Part shown: in pieces, positions 1 through 12,310 of the stretch
Numbering within the stretch: the first letter of the stretch is position 1
Layout of the letters: every line of letters begins with the position of its first letter
Origin: Eledone cirrhosa
Lineage: Eukaryota
Reading direction: 5' to 3'
Length of the DNA: 64,000 bases
Assembly (NCBI GenBank): GCA_964016885.1
Contig: OZ024741.1
Coordinates: 325,128,001-325,192,000, forward strand
Program-made: the position numbers and the translations under genes
The notes under the pieces: generated by a model
Told to the model about the DNA's origin: nothing
The model's input: only the letters and a program-made list of their open reading frames with translations
Databases searched by the model: none

Positions 1-99
1 AGGGCATCCAGCTGTAGAAATCAAGCCAGCATCAGTTCCCGTCCCACCCTTGCAAGCAAGGAAAAGCGGACGTAAAATGATGATGATGATGATGATGAT
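1..99 (+). mobile_element. 3' end of RTE-tail repeat (SINE or LINE remnant) ending in (TGA)n
   Basis: AGGGCATCCAGCTGTAGAAATCAAGCC...GGACGTAAAATGATGATG matches the 3' UTR of the RTE LINE at 31700-31850. Confidence 0.75.
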
Positions 100-563
100 G
101 CACATCAGCTTTGGGGCTTTACATAATTCTGTTGTTCTCTATTTCCATGTTTGTTTTACTCTCTCTCTCTCTTTGCTTTCAAAATCTAGCAATTTATATA
201 CCCATTGCATCATGTTAGAAATGTTATTTTAGCTAACTGCAAATTTTCACAATGATCTGTTAATATTTCATGCTGGTGTCATGATAAAATGCACCCAGCC
301 CTCTTTAAAGAGTGGTTATGTATTGTGGTAGTGCTGGTGTCACAGTAAAAAGTATCACATCCTCTCTGTAAGGTGGTAGTGCTAGTACGATGATAAAATG
401 ATCCCAGTACACACTGTAAAGTGATTGGCAGCGTTAGAAGCCATGCCAGAGACAAAAACAGAACATACAAGAAAGACTTGGTCACCTGACTTGTCTTGCC
501 TTGAAATCTGACAACCAGGCTGTCATGCAGGCATAAATAGAAGTGAAACTGTGATGATGATTT

Positions 564-780
564 CAGTGGGTTGGCAGTGTCAGTAGAACGTCGGACACCC
601 CCTTGGTCCGTAGCATAGTTATGGCCCTTTATGTTCTGAGTTCAAATCCTGCCGAGTTTAGCTTTGACTTTCATCCCTAAAGGGTCGATAAAATAAAATA
701 CCAGTAATACACTGGTGTCGATTTAGTTGACTTTCCCCTCCTAAAATTGTTGGCCTTTTGCCTAAATCAAAAACCATTAT
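564..780 (+). mobile_element. tRNA-derived SINE with Nin/Deu-core-like domain
   Basis: A-box-like TGGCAGTGTCAG, B-box GAGTTCAAATCC, then CTTTCATCCCTAAGGGTCGATAAAATAAAATACCAG; many other copies in the window. Confidence 0.75.
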
Positions 781-800
781 TTTTGTTTTGTTTATTTCAG

Positions 801-935
801 ATTTTGGAGAGTAAAGAGAACCGGTCTCAGATGCCACCCCCACCACTATCAGGAAAGAAAGGGAAACACTCAGTAAAAAGAACAAACTCAAGTGGTTCTC
901 GCAGTCGGATGCCCCTTCGGATGAATAACCAGTGA
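801..935 (+). CDS. KIF11: Terminal coding exon of upstream gene, probably kinesin-5 (KIF11/Eg5-like) C-terminus
   Basis: Acceptor TTTGTTTATTTCAG at 800, then ILESKENRSQMPPPPLSGKKGKHSVKRTNSSGSRSRMPLRMNNQ*. KEN box plus terminal SRxPLR D-box resemble the end of vertebrate KIF11 (...KENR...SRLPLR...), recalled from memory; only 44 aa are visible. Confidence 0.5.
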   Translation: MLESKENRSQMPPPPLSGKKGKHSVKRTNSSGSRSRMPLRMNNQ

Positions 936-2190
936 TATCGATCAAAAGGGGAGGAGAGGAGGATCCCTTTGGATCAATAGCCAGTGATATTGATGAGAAG
1001 GGATTCACTGAATTACTTCTTGTGTTTTTTTTTTTTATTATTATTTTTTTTTTTTTTTTGTGAAATCTTTTTTTTAAAGACCCTTCTTAAAGAAATGTGG
1101 GACTGATGGGTGCAGGTGGTTGAGAAAAACAAATGATATCCCAATATTGGTTTATCAAGGTGTTTTTTTTTTGATTTTCATAATATTATTATATATATAT
1201 ATATATATCATCATAATCACCATTTAATGTGTGTGCGCGTATATATATATAATTTACTTTTTCTCAGTCACCTCCCCTCCATAACCGTGTAATCTGCTGT
1301 GAAGGGCGGTTTACTTTGCGCTCTAAACACAACATACACCGACCGGAATGTGGTGGGGAAGATAGGGATGGGAGAGTAGGGATGTAAATAACCCCCCGTC
1401 TATCCAACCAGTTTTTTTTTCTTCTGTTGGACCACAGAACAGGGAAAGACGGGTGGATGGGTATATTTGTTGCCTCTGCCCTACTCACCATTCCTCCCTC
1501 ATTGCCTTACTTCGGTATACTCTTAGCATTTTTTTGCTGAATCCTTGCTGCAGAAAACATTGTGTATACATACATACATATATATGTATGTATATATTGT
1601 AATATGAATGACGATAATGGAAGAGAAGCACAAATGAAGAGCAGATGGCCTTGTGGTTAGGGTGTTTGATCCCTGATCATAATATGGTCATGCATTTGAT
1701 TCCTTCCTAGACATTGTTTTTCATGATAGGAGTGTGTCCTCTATCAATGAAACACCCAAGAAACCTCCTATGAGATACAACCTTGTTGGAGGCCAGATAA
1801 GCCTGCTTAGGTGTGAACTCTTAAGAACAACAACATGATAGAACTCCTGAGGGCTATTCGTGGAAAAACTCCACAAAAGCCAAGGTCACTCTTGACCAGT
1901 ACTTTGTAATCCCATCAAGATGAACTTTCATTTTTCAGAGGTCAATAAAAATAATAATTAACTGCTGAGGTGGGGAGAGGGATTGGTGTAATAGCCTGTT
2001 TTCCTTGCTACCTTCAATACATTTCTGGCCTTCTGCGTATGTAAAGAGAATTGTTAACTATCTATCATCATCATCATTCTTGTTTTTATAATTATTTCCA
2101 TTTATGGTGCTATGTCAAATGAAAGCAATTTTCTTGCTTAACATTTTCATTTTTCAATTTTATAAAAATCAAAACGAAAACGTCTCAAAC

Positions 2191-2435
2191 GTGTTCTTAA
2201 CTCTAGCCTCAGGTCAATCAATTCTTTGTGAGTGGTAGCCTGTCTTATGTGTGTGACCATATCTGTTTGGTTTAGTGTTCTTAACTCTAGCCTCAGGTTG
2301 ACCAATTCCTTGTGAGTGGTAGCAAGTCGTGTGTGTGTGTGACCATATCTGTGTTTATGTTTGCATTTGGTCTAGTGTTCTTAACTCTAGCCTCAGGTTA
2401 ACCTATTCGTTGTGTGTGTGACCATATCTGTGTTC
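2191..2435. repeat. Three degenerate ~85-100 bp tandem repeats
   Basis: GTGTTCTTAACTCTAGCCTCAGGT...GTGTGACCATATCTG repeated at ~2191, ~2275 and ~2375. Confidence 0.8.
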
Positions 2436-2603
2436 AAGTTCTGTAACTTGAAAAAGTAAGTACTGGGGTCGATATGTTTGGCTAAACCTAAGCATTGCAC
2501 TGAAGCTAGAAAAAGAAAAATGAAAGTATAAGTTTATGTAATACCATTGTTTTATATTTCAAGTGTAAACGTCATGTAGTTTTTAAAAATATGATTAAAA
2601 CGT

Positions 2604-2609
2604 AATAAA
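2604..2609 (+). promoter_or_regulatory. Candidate polyadenylation signal of the upstream gene
   Basis: AATAAA followed ~25 nt later by a GT/T-rich tract (TTGTTTCTGTTTTATCTT). Confidence 0.35.
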
Positions 2610-2673
2610 ATGTCTTATGAATATTAAATTGTTTCTGTTTTATCTTCTCAGTGTCTTTTGTTTTACTCATTAA

Positions 2674-3113
2674 CCCTGTTAACACCAAGTCGTCCCTTGT
2701 TGATCAAACAATAATGGCTATTATTATCTGTTAGTAGCAAACTGTCAAAAACTGCCACTGGTCCTACAGTATTAAGCTATTGTTTTAAAGGGTTATATTT
2801 ATCTAAAACCTTTCCATCTTTGTCAAGTTATGTTCTAAACACCAGCTTAATAATGAGAAAGGGCAATGGATTGGCAGTATTGAGAGAGCGTTGAACAACG
2901 TTTTACAGTATATAGTTACAGCCCTTTATGTTCTGATTTCAAATCCCACTGAGGTTAGCTTTACCTTTTGAAGTTGATAAAATAAAGTACTAGTAACTCA
3001 CTGGGGTCAATTTAATTGACTTTTGCCTCCAAAATTGTTGACCTTGATCATTTTCAAAATGATTTGAAAATTATTGGCAGTATCTTTCATTAGAAATATT
3101 GTAATGAAAGAGT
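2674..3113. mobile_element. TTAA-flanked MITE-like element interrupted by a Nin-domain SINE (~2862-3048)
   Basis: TTAA|CCC...GAG|TTAA ends; related to the element at 49351-49541; the SINE has a B-box and GTTGATAAAATAAAGTAC. Confidence 0.5.
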
Positions 3114-4489
3114 TAATTAAAAGATTTAGAATTTAAGTGAATGTATGTAGCCTTTTGGTTAGGATGATGCTTCTTGTCAGGAACTGTGACCAGTAGATAG
3201 TATCAGTAATGGAAAGACTAACAGAAACAATTTCTTTGATCTAATCTGATGATTGGCTCATTTCTCTTATGAAGCTCAATTTGAACCATAGTTTCAATTT
3301 CTTGGATGTAACAGTTGATCGACAGAAGATTGTCAACTGACCTGGAATTAAACAATACCCATGACTTGTTAAGATGAGTTCATTTTGTTCCCGTTTCTCA
3401 TGTGTACCCTGGCTTTTTACAATAGATACCTTGACCTTCAGTCAACCCTTGTATGTCATAAGATGTGACTAAAATAGGTGTCAAAAAAGGGCACTGGTCA
3501 TAAAACACTGCCTCCAAAAGTTCCATTTAGCCCATGCCAACATGGAAAAGTGGATGTAAAAACTTTGAAACCACTGATATTCTTTTTTTCTTTTGACCTG
3601 TAACTCCTGATGGAGTTGTAGGAGTGCTGTAGTTGCATACAGCATTTTGTTAAAGGTATTTTAGGCCTGGTGGAGCCCGATCATTTTCCAGGTCTGAACA
3701 TAGCAGATTTCCTCCAGAGGATAGAAAGTGAAAGAGAGGCAGTGAGATCGAGATATAGAGGAAGAATTGACCCCAGTACTAAAGGAAGAAAGGAAAGTGA
3801 CCTTGATGGGATTTGAACTCAGCGAGCCGGAATGAATACCACAACAAATTCTATCTGACTTTGCCATTTACCACCTACTAATGATATCAAGAAAGCTTAA
3901 AAAGTTCAAATAAGTTGTTTAGCCCTAGGAGGACTCTGGTTGTTCAGATTTAGGATCACATTCCAGACATGGTGATACCAGCCTTTTAAAGATTTTTGTT
4001 GATGTTTCTTTTGTCCTAATATTTCGGGATTCCGGTCTAGTAGCTGATGCCCCTGAGCTATAGCTTATTTAGGTAAGTCTAACATTAGTTACAGCTATGA
4101 CCATATTGCATTTTTAAAAAATTTCTTATTTAGATGGTAGTGTATTGAAGCAAATTTGATGTATTTCCAGTAGATCAACCAAAACATCCCATCCAACATT
4201 TTAATAATTCCACCAATTCTCTTTATTGATCTTGAAAAGATGAAAGACAAATTGACCTTAGCAGGAATTGAACTCTGAGAACTAGAACAAATACCAAGGC
4301 ATTTAATCCGACACCATGATGATTCTGCCAATGCATCACCTCATAAAAAATGTGCCAAAAGGAAACAAATAAACACATAGAACTCCAAAATTACAGTCTA
4401 TGACCTCTTTGAAAGTGCATGAGCCTATTTAAGGTTCAGTAATGGACCTTTGAGGTGTGTGCCCAAGGTGAATGTCTAGTTGGTCTTAA

Positions 4490-4694
4490 TCCTTTAGTAT
4501 GTAAACCGGCCGTATCCGGACAGAATTCTCTCACCTATTTCTTTTCAAACCGGCTGTAACTGGCTACTGATATAGATATTAAGGTATTGTTCTCAAAATA
4601 AATATCAAAATCTCGTAGCTTCGATATAAGGTGAGGTAAAGCCTTTACTGTGAAAATACAATAGTAAATATAGAGTAATGTAAATACTAATGGG
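4490..4694. mobile_element. piggyBac-like MITE
   Basis: TTAA on both sides (4486-4489, 4695-4698); imperfect TIRs TCCTTTAGTAT / ATACTAATGGG. Confidence 0.6.
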
Positions 4695-5433
4695 TTAATT
4701 GCAGCACTGGCTATGCTGCAAATCTGTTTAATGATTTATTTATTGATTACAAGAAATTATAAATTTCGGTTAATTATACAAATTGGCTTAAAAGTGAGAC
4801 GCATGAAATTTCAGTAATGCACATCTCTGCGTCCTTGGCGGCTGCCTTGTTGGCCTTCATGGTAGGGACGACCCAGATTGGTAAGCTGACTGTATTGACT
4901 TCTATTTCTAGCGGCATTTTAGGCCTGTCTATTTGTCCGGTTATACAAATATATACTGGTAGTCGTTCACCCAAGCGTGCGTTGTTACTTAATTTTGAGC
5001 GCACCATGTTGGATCGCCGAGGAACAAGATCTCTCCTAACAGGTATATATCAGTCTTGTACTAAATCAGAAAACCTCTCCGAAGAAGGGTACGGATTCTG
5101 GTAATGATGGCCATGTCGATTTATTGATTGGTTAGAATTATTCTCCGATTCAGAAACTGTAAAAATAATCGAATAATTTGATCGGATAATGATGACCACA
5201 TGAAGCTATTTTTCAATTCATAGTTTTTACGGTTAGGGATCTTGATAAAGCTCCTTAAATTTAAGTTGCTTGAGATTTTTTTATATCCCAAGGGAACGAT
5301 ATTTTATCGACCCGTGTGTGATATGTATAAGATGTTCTATATATGTTTGCTTCTCTGAATAAGGTGTCTTAAACATATCTTTTCATTGAGATGTTATGTA
5401 TATTCGTGACGAATATTAATTGTATATATATAT

Positions 5434-5760
5434 ATAGGAGAAGGTATGACCTCGACGGCAGAGCTCAAGCCGTTTCGACGGCTATTTGTGGACTAAAGTA
5501 AGCGTTTTTTTTAGTCATTAATTGGTGTTTTTTTTTTCTTTCTTTTCCTTTTCTTATTTGTAATATTATTTATACAATTGTGAATAAAATCTTTTCAAAG
5601 ACTAAAAAAACTCTTACTTTAGTCCAGAAATAGCCGTCGAAACGGCTTGAGCTCTGCCGTCGGAATCATACTTTCTCCTATTGCCCACTCTACTACCCTA
5701 AGTATTGAGTACTCTGGTGCGTTATGGTCTATCTGGTTCCTTACCACAACTCCTCCGTTA
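5434..5760 (+). mobile_element. (TA)n-flanked fold-back element, probably Penelope pseudo-LTR derived
   Basis: Inverted arms 5434-5516 / 5600-5681 plus a unique ~80-nt 3' tail; same family again at 57781-57893. Confidence 0.6.
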
Positions 5761-5947
5761 TATATATATATATGTAGCGAAACCTGTCCACACCTCGAAC
5801 CTTGGATGACACCTAAAAATCAAATTCTAGGTCACCACCCTTTTGGCGTTGACAGGTGGATGCATGGGCAATCCCTCGAGACAGGGTACAGAAAGCTGGA
5901 GATATCAATAGCCGGTTGAGGAGAGAAAAAATATAGACTCACGATGA

Positions 5948-6401
5948 TGTAGCAAGAGTTGCCTCCCTTGCCATGACAATCTCATCACCGCTCTCTAAAC
6001 AGGAAGTAGCTGGAATTGCTTCCCTTAGGGATTGACAGACTCCCTGCTGGTCACTTCCGGTCACTTCCTATAAAAGGAACAGGTTACCACGATATCTCTC
6101 TCTTGCCTCCTGATTTCTGAAGTGGTAACACCTGCGACCTTAGCTTGTGATGATTCCTTCTTGATAATCCTTTGCGACCAAGAACAATGCAACTTGCAGC
6201 CTGAGAGCCTAAGATGTCAATACCAGCTAGGAAAGATCTCTTCTTTTCTCTACCAACTTCAGCCTCGAGTTATGACCATCGAGTAACAAATCCTTAATAT
6301 TTAATACCTTTGACTTCCATGAAGTAAAAACATTATTATAACACACACACCGGTATTTACTGTCTTGTTTATGTTGTATGTACACCGATACTAATCTAAA
6401 G
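5948..6401 (+). repeat. 5' LTR of element 1
   Basis: Direct repeat of 11432-11867 with roughly ten substitutions or small indels; internal TATAAAAG box. Confidence 0.92.
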
Positions 6402-6415
6402 TGGTGACCCCCGAC

Positions 6416-6422
<7 letters not shown>
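6402..6422 (+). promoter_or_regulatory. Primer binding site, tRNA-Trp
   Basis: TGGTGACCCCCGACGTGATTT is complementary to the 3' end of eukaryotic tRNA-Trp (one extra C). Confidence 0.88.
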
Positions 6423-6458
<36 letters not shown>

Positions 6459-6895
6459 GAAATGGTATACGGTGTATATAATATAAAAAAAAAAAGAAAG
6501 ACAGAAGAAAAAGAGAAAAATATAACAATTTAATACAAAACGAACACCTACAATTATTGACACAGAGACAAACAGCAATTGTATAAATGTTTTTCCCTTT
6601 TTTTTTCTCTCCTTTTCTGCCCTTCTCTGGCTAAAAATTTTTGAGGATGACAATATGGAGTCTCTCTTCTCCATCAATAGTGTTTTTGGCGCGAAATAGT
6701 CCACCATGTTGGATTTTTTTTTTTTTAGGTTCCTTGCCCTTACCTTAGTATAACAGCATTCACTTAATCGCTTGTTTGCATATTGTCCCGGATGCATTAT
6801 TTTTCCGGTCCAGTGGTCTGACGGAAAAATTTTGTTTTCCTTTTCTGTTACGTTAGAGACATTTTTCCAAACGGTAGATTGCCTGCAGTATACCA

Positions 6896-7690
6896 ATGGC
6901 TTCCCACTCTGTTCTGCCAACGTACACGGGCGACGTGAGGCTATGGTTCTCACAGTTAGAAGCATTCTTCAGGGCGAACAGAGTTGACGAGGAACTACAA
7001 CATTCTGTTGTCCTTAGCGCAATTCCGCCGGCAATTCTCCCAGCGGTTAAGGACCTCGTGTTAGAGGCAACCGCAGACTCGTCGTACACGTCTCTGAAGG
7101 CTGAAATACTCAGCCGGACAGAACAGTCTTCAGAAAAAAGATTTAGGGCTCTGGTCCATCTGGAGCATATAGGGGATGGCACCCCATCGAACCTCCTTAG
7201 GCGAATGAAGGACCTAACGGAGGGGTCTGCAGCGGAAACTGTCCTGCTGAAGCAGTTGTTCTTCTCGCGCCTGCCGACCAACGTCCAGGCAATTTTGGCC
7301 CCCATGAGGGATACGAGCACGGTGGATCAGCTTGCCGCATCTGCGGACAAAGTTTTCGAGGTGACGAATGCCGGAGGAAGCGACCCCCTTGCCGCTATTC
7401 ACCACCCAGCTCGGGCCACACACGGCCATGCGATCTACGCGGCAGCGCCAACAGACAGCTCGACCATTATAGCGATGCAAAGGTCCATTCAGGAGCTCAC
7501 CATAGAGCTCCACAAGATGAAGGCCTTGTGTGGTGGCTGTTCGCGCCCCCGTAGTCGCGGGAGATCGCAAAGTTTTAGACGGCGTTCTATGTCATTAGCT
7601 TCATCTTTATGCTGGTACCACGAGCGATTTGCTGAGAACGCGAATCACTGCGTGCAACCTTGCTCCTTTCATAAGGCGGGAAACGCCTAA
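6896..7690 (+). CDS. gag: Gag, 264 aa, CHCC zinc-knuckle type
   Basis: LWFSQLEAFF N-terminal block, GDGTPS, C-terminal CWYH-x9-C-x3-C; ends just after the G GGA AAC slip site. Confidence 0.88.
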   Translation: MASHSVLPTYTGDVRLWFSQLEAFFRANRVDEELQHSVVLSAIPPAILPAVKDLVLEATADSSYTSLKAEILSRTEQSSEKRFRALVHLEHIGDGTPSNLLRRMKDLTEGSAAETVLLKQLFFSRLPTNVQAILAPMRDTSTVDQLAASADKVFEVTNAGGSDPLAAIHHPARATHGHAIYAAAPTDSSTIIAMQRSIQELTIELHKMKALCGGCSRPRSRGRSQSFRRRSMSLASSLCWYHERFAENANHCVQPCSFHKAGNA

Positions 7691-10600
7691 GAGGTCCTCT
7701 GATGGGGACAGTTGACCTCAACATAAAGCCACCAAACCGCCATTTCTTCATTAAGAACCTAATGTCCGGAAGAGGTTATCCTCGTGGATACAGGAGCCTC
7801 CTGTAGTATTTAGCCAGTCCATTGCCTGAAAGATACCCCCATAGAGTCATCTGTTACGCTGCAGGCAGTTAACCACTCGTCTATAAAGACGTACGGGCAT
7901 ATCTCGCTCCCTCTTAAATTCCTAAATCTTCGAAGGGATTTTAAGTGGATTTTTACGGTTGCCGATTTGCCATATCCCATCTTAGGAGCGGATTTCCTCC
8001 ACAACTTCTCTTTAACTGTGGACGTCCGTGGCCAACGCCTGGTGGATAACATCACCGGCTTTTCAATTCATGGCCAGGAAGCCAATGCTCCGATAGTCAG
8101 CCCCATGTTCTTTGTCGCTGCCGCTGGAGACGCCTACCTTGCGTTGCTGGGTTCTTTCCCGGAGCTCACGGATGGACATTTTCGAGTCACTGACCCAAAA
8201 CACTCGACCGAACATTTCGTTTCCACCACCGGTGCTTCAGTGTTTTCGCGTCCACGCCGTTTACCGACGGAAAAATTAAAGGCAGCACGGTCCGAGTTCG
8301 ACCATATGCTGCAGCTGGGCATTATTCGCCCATCTACGAGTCCTTGGGCTTCACCGTTACACATGGTGCCCAAGACTTCCGGCGACTGGAGACCCACTGG
8401 GGATTATAGGAGGTTAAATGCCATGACCGTCCCGGATAGGTATCCCATTCCCCATCTCCACGATTTTGCATCTTCACTGCAGGGGTGTAAGATTTTTTCT
8501 AAGTTAGATTTAGTGCGAGCCTACCACAAAATTCCGGTCAGGAAGGAGGATATTCCGAAAACGGCGATTACAACCCCTTTCGGATCCTTCGAATTTTTTA
8601 CCATGCCTTTCGGACTCAGGAACGCCGCTAGCACTTTTCAGCGGTTCATAGACGAGGTCACGCTGGTCTGGACTTCGTTTATACTTACATAGACGATATT
8701 CTCGTCGCTAGTTCCTCTCCGGAAGAGCATATGCGCCACATGCTTCTCTTATTTCGGCGACTTCAGGATTACCGCGTTCGCGTGAATCCTGCAAAGTGTG
8801 TTTTCGGTTCCACTTCCCTACATTTTTTAGGCCACCTCATCGACGCCGAAGGTATTAGGCCGCTCCCTCAGCGAGTTCAAGCCATACAGGAGTTACCTCC
8901 GCCTACTACACTTCACCAGTTGCGTCACTTCTTAGGCCTAATCAATTTCTATAGGCGTTTCATTCCTCATTGTGCTAATTGGTTATCTTCCCTTACTGAC
9001 ATTTTAAAAAATCGTCGTAAGAAGAATGCAGACATTTTCTTGACACAAGGACAGCTTCAGGACTTCCAGTCTGCCAAGACAGCACTCGCTAGTTCTTCTT
9101 TGCTAGCCCACCCGGTACCAGAGGCCAAGCTTTCGCTTTGTGTTGATGCATCTGATACCGCTGTGGGAGCAGTCTTACGCTGAAAACCAACAACCTTTGG
9201 CATTTTTCTCGAGTAAGTTGAAACCAGCAGAAACGCGTTATAGCACGTTTGGGCGGAAATTATTAGCCATATATCTGTCGGTGAAACATTTCTCTCATAT
9301 TCTTGAGGGGAGAAATTTTACGGTTTTTACCGACCACAAACCGTTGACCTTCGCTTTGAGGGCCAAAGCCGACAGACATTCGCCCAGAGAGACAAGGCAC
9401 CTGGACTACGTTTCACAATTTACAAACGATATCCAGCACATTGCCGGCTCGCACAACATAGTTGCAGACGCATTGTCACGTTTGCCAATTAGCTCCATCT
9501 CGTCATCCCAGGAGATCGACTTAGGTCGTTTAAGCTGCAGACCAACCTGCACTCCAATCGTTGGACACTCTTTCTACTGAATTTGCGACTTGCATTTTCA
9601 AATATCTGCCCTTGTCCACCACCGACAGGCAGATTCTATGTGATGTATCCACTGATGCACCACGACCACTTGTTCCTGAGACTCACCGTCGAATTGTGTT
9701 CCTGGATTTGCACAGCATTTCTCATCCAGGATCTGCTGCCACAGTTAAACTCATAACAGCCAGATTCTTCTGGCCAAATATGAGGCGCGACATTGCTGCT
9801 TGGTGCCGTTCCTGTATCGCTTGCCAGAAATCGAAGATCCATAGACACATCCGGACTCCACTTGGTACTTTCAGTACTCCAGATGCTCGGTTTCAACACA
9901 TCCACATTGACATCGTTGGACCTTGGCCATTCAGCAGTGGATATTCTTACATATTGACGTGTGTCGATCGTTTTTCGCGATGGCCTGAAGCCATCCCTTT
10001 ACAAGACATGACTGCTGAGACTGTAGCACGTGCCCTGGTATCAGGGTGGATTACCCGCTTTGGGGTACCAACTACACTCACCACAGACCGTGGTAGACAA
10101 TTCGAGTCCCATCTCTTCTCTGAGCTCACAAAAATAATTGGAGCTCAACGGATTCGGACCACAGCCTATCATCCTGCTTCAAATGGAATGGTGGAACGAT
10201 TCCACCGCCAATTAAAGGCCGCTCTTCGCGCCTATCCAGACTCTCAACGTTGGAGCGAGTACCTTCCTATTGTGTTATTAGGAATTCGGTCATCAATAAA
10301 GGAAGACCTTGGGTTCTCCCCGGCCGAATTAATTTACGGTGCTCCTCTAGCGTTGTCTGGGCAAATGCTTGCCCCTGTTGATCTTGCTTTCCAAGATCCG
10401 CTTTCCTACGTATCCCGTCTGCATTCTTATTTTCAGGACCTGCCGCCGATGGATACGAGGAAGCAAACTGTAAAACCTGCGGTCCCGAGGGACATTGCCT
10501 CGTGGACCCATGTGTTCGTAAGGAACGATGCTGTGAGACCACCCCTCACACAACCATACTCTGGACCCTACCGTGTGTTAGCACGCACTGACAAACATTT

Positions 10601-10820
10601 CACTGTAGACGTTAAGGGGTCCAGAGAGAAAATTTCGGTGGATAGACTGAAAAGGGCACACAATGACGCTCATACACCCGAGCCACAAATACCCCAATCT
10701 TTCTCTCTTGTGCATACACCTGCTCCTTCTGCCCCACCTTCACCTACATACAAGACTACGACCCGTTCCGGTCGGAGAGTCCACTGGCCCAAAAAGTTCT
10801 GCCAAACTATTTTTATGTGA
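7678..10820 (+). pseudogene. pol: Pol (PR-RT-RNaseH-IN) of element 1, disrupted
   Basis: [33 protein letters not shown]-type and D,D35E integrase motifs; frameshifts near 7775, 8660, 9180 and 9530, and a TAG near 7810. Confidence 0.9.
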
Positions 10821-11431
10821 ACTGGCCATTGGAGCCTTATATTTTTTTTCTGCTGTTCTTGTTATTTATTGATTTATTGTATTACAATGTACCTCTCATT
10901 ACCATTTCACTGGATGTATATATATGTTTTTCATTTCTTTTACAACGAACATTTTAAGCTATATTCTTCTATTTGCCGGTTTATAAATTTACCACGTAAA
11001 TTTGCCGTTGAAAACCGCGCATTTATTAAGAATGCTTATTTCTCTGGTCGCTGGCCTCTTGACCCTTCCAGGTCAACGCATTCACAACATCAACAACAAC
11101 AACACAGCTTCATCAACAACTAAAACCAGCAGAACAAGCCAGACAATTTATTTCTGCAGCACTCTGCCTGTGAGAAATTCCCTTCGGAAGTTGGAAATTT
11201 CATGTTATACCGCAGACCAGAAACCACCTGCATTCATTCTCTGGAACACATTCTTTACTGCTGTCATGTGATTGCACACATGTGAACTGTTTTTTAGATA
11301 TTTGAACTTTTGACCTCTTCTCGTACTTTTATTACTTTGTACCATAATTTTCATGCCTCTTACATGCTCGCCATCTTACTCCATGCATGCTTCTTTCGAT
11401 TTTTATGTTTTAAAAATTTGGCGGGAGATAA

Positions 11432-11882
11432 TGTAGCAAGAGTTGCCTCCCTTGTCATGACAATCTCATCACCGCTCTCTAGACAGGAAGTAGCTGGAGT
11501 TGCTTCCCTTAGGGATTGACAGACTCCCTGTTGGTCACTTCCGGTCACTTCCTATAAAAGGAACAGGTTACCACGATATCTCTCTCTTGCCTCCTGATTT
11601 CTGAAGTGGTAACACCTGCGACCTTAGCTTGTGATGATTCCTTCTTGATAATCCTTCGCTACCAAGAACAATGCAATTGCAGCCTGAGAGCCTAAGATGT
11701 CAATACCAGCTAGAAAAGATCTCTTCTTTTCTCTACCAACTTCAGCCTCGAGTTATGACCATCGGGTAACAAATCCTTAATATTTAATACCTTTGACTTC
11801 CATGAAGTAAAAACATTATTATAACACACACACCGGTATTTACTGTCTTGTTTACCGATACTAATCTCCTAAAAGGACTACT
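11432..11882 (+). repeat. 3' LTR of element 1
   Basis: Preceded by purine-rich GGCGGGAGATAA; starts TGTAGC, ends GGACTACT (imperfect inverted terminus). Confidence 0.88.
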
Positions 11883-11984
11883 ATGTCGGATTGCAACAAA
11901 CTTTATAAACAAAAATTTTTAGCTGGTCGCTCGTTGTTTCTACATCAACAACAAAAACATTGTCAACCTTCTCAACTCTTGGTA

Positions 11985-12310
11985 ACTGTTTTATTGTACT
12001 TTTTTAATTGATTCACGTGAAGTAAACCATATATAAACCAAATCATTTCTTCTTATTATTATTTCATCTAATAACCGTGTTAATCCATTTAACAATTTCC
12101 TATAATGGTATTTAACCAATGTATTGGTACGCGATGGGGCCCACCCACAGCCCCGGCGGACAGAATGGAGAAGGCGTTTCCCCGGAGGACGGCAAAGGAG
12201 ACGCGCTGGAAAAGCCACTCCAACTCGCGGGGCTCACACCTGCGGCTGGCCAGCTCAGCGCCTATGGTGGTGAGTAAGGAGGTAGCCCTGGGACCGAGGA
12301 CACCAGAAGT
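11985..12310 (-). mobile_element. 3' fragment of a CRE-like (restriction-like endonuclease) non-LTR retrotransposon
   Basis: TSGVLGPRATSLLTTIGAELASRRCEPRELEWLFQRVSFAVLRGNAFSIL matches the C-terminal LFQRLSxAVxRGNA motif; minus-strand AATAAA near 11990. Confidence 0.6.

Larger units (their letters stand above)
5948..11882 (+). mobile_element. Ty3/Gypsy LTR retrotransposon, CsRn1 clade, full-length but decayed (element 1)
   Basis: Two ~450-bp LTRs starting TGTAGC, tRNA-Trp PBS, CHCC Gag, PR-RT-RH-IN order, purine tract before the 3' LTR. Confidence 0.93.

Noticed and set aside
5600-5650. 3' half of a hammerhead (GACTAAA..TTTAGTC-CA-GAAA-TAGCC-GTC)
   Set aside because: No CTGANGA upstream in this copy, so it is not callable as a ribozyme
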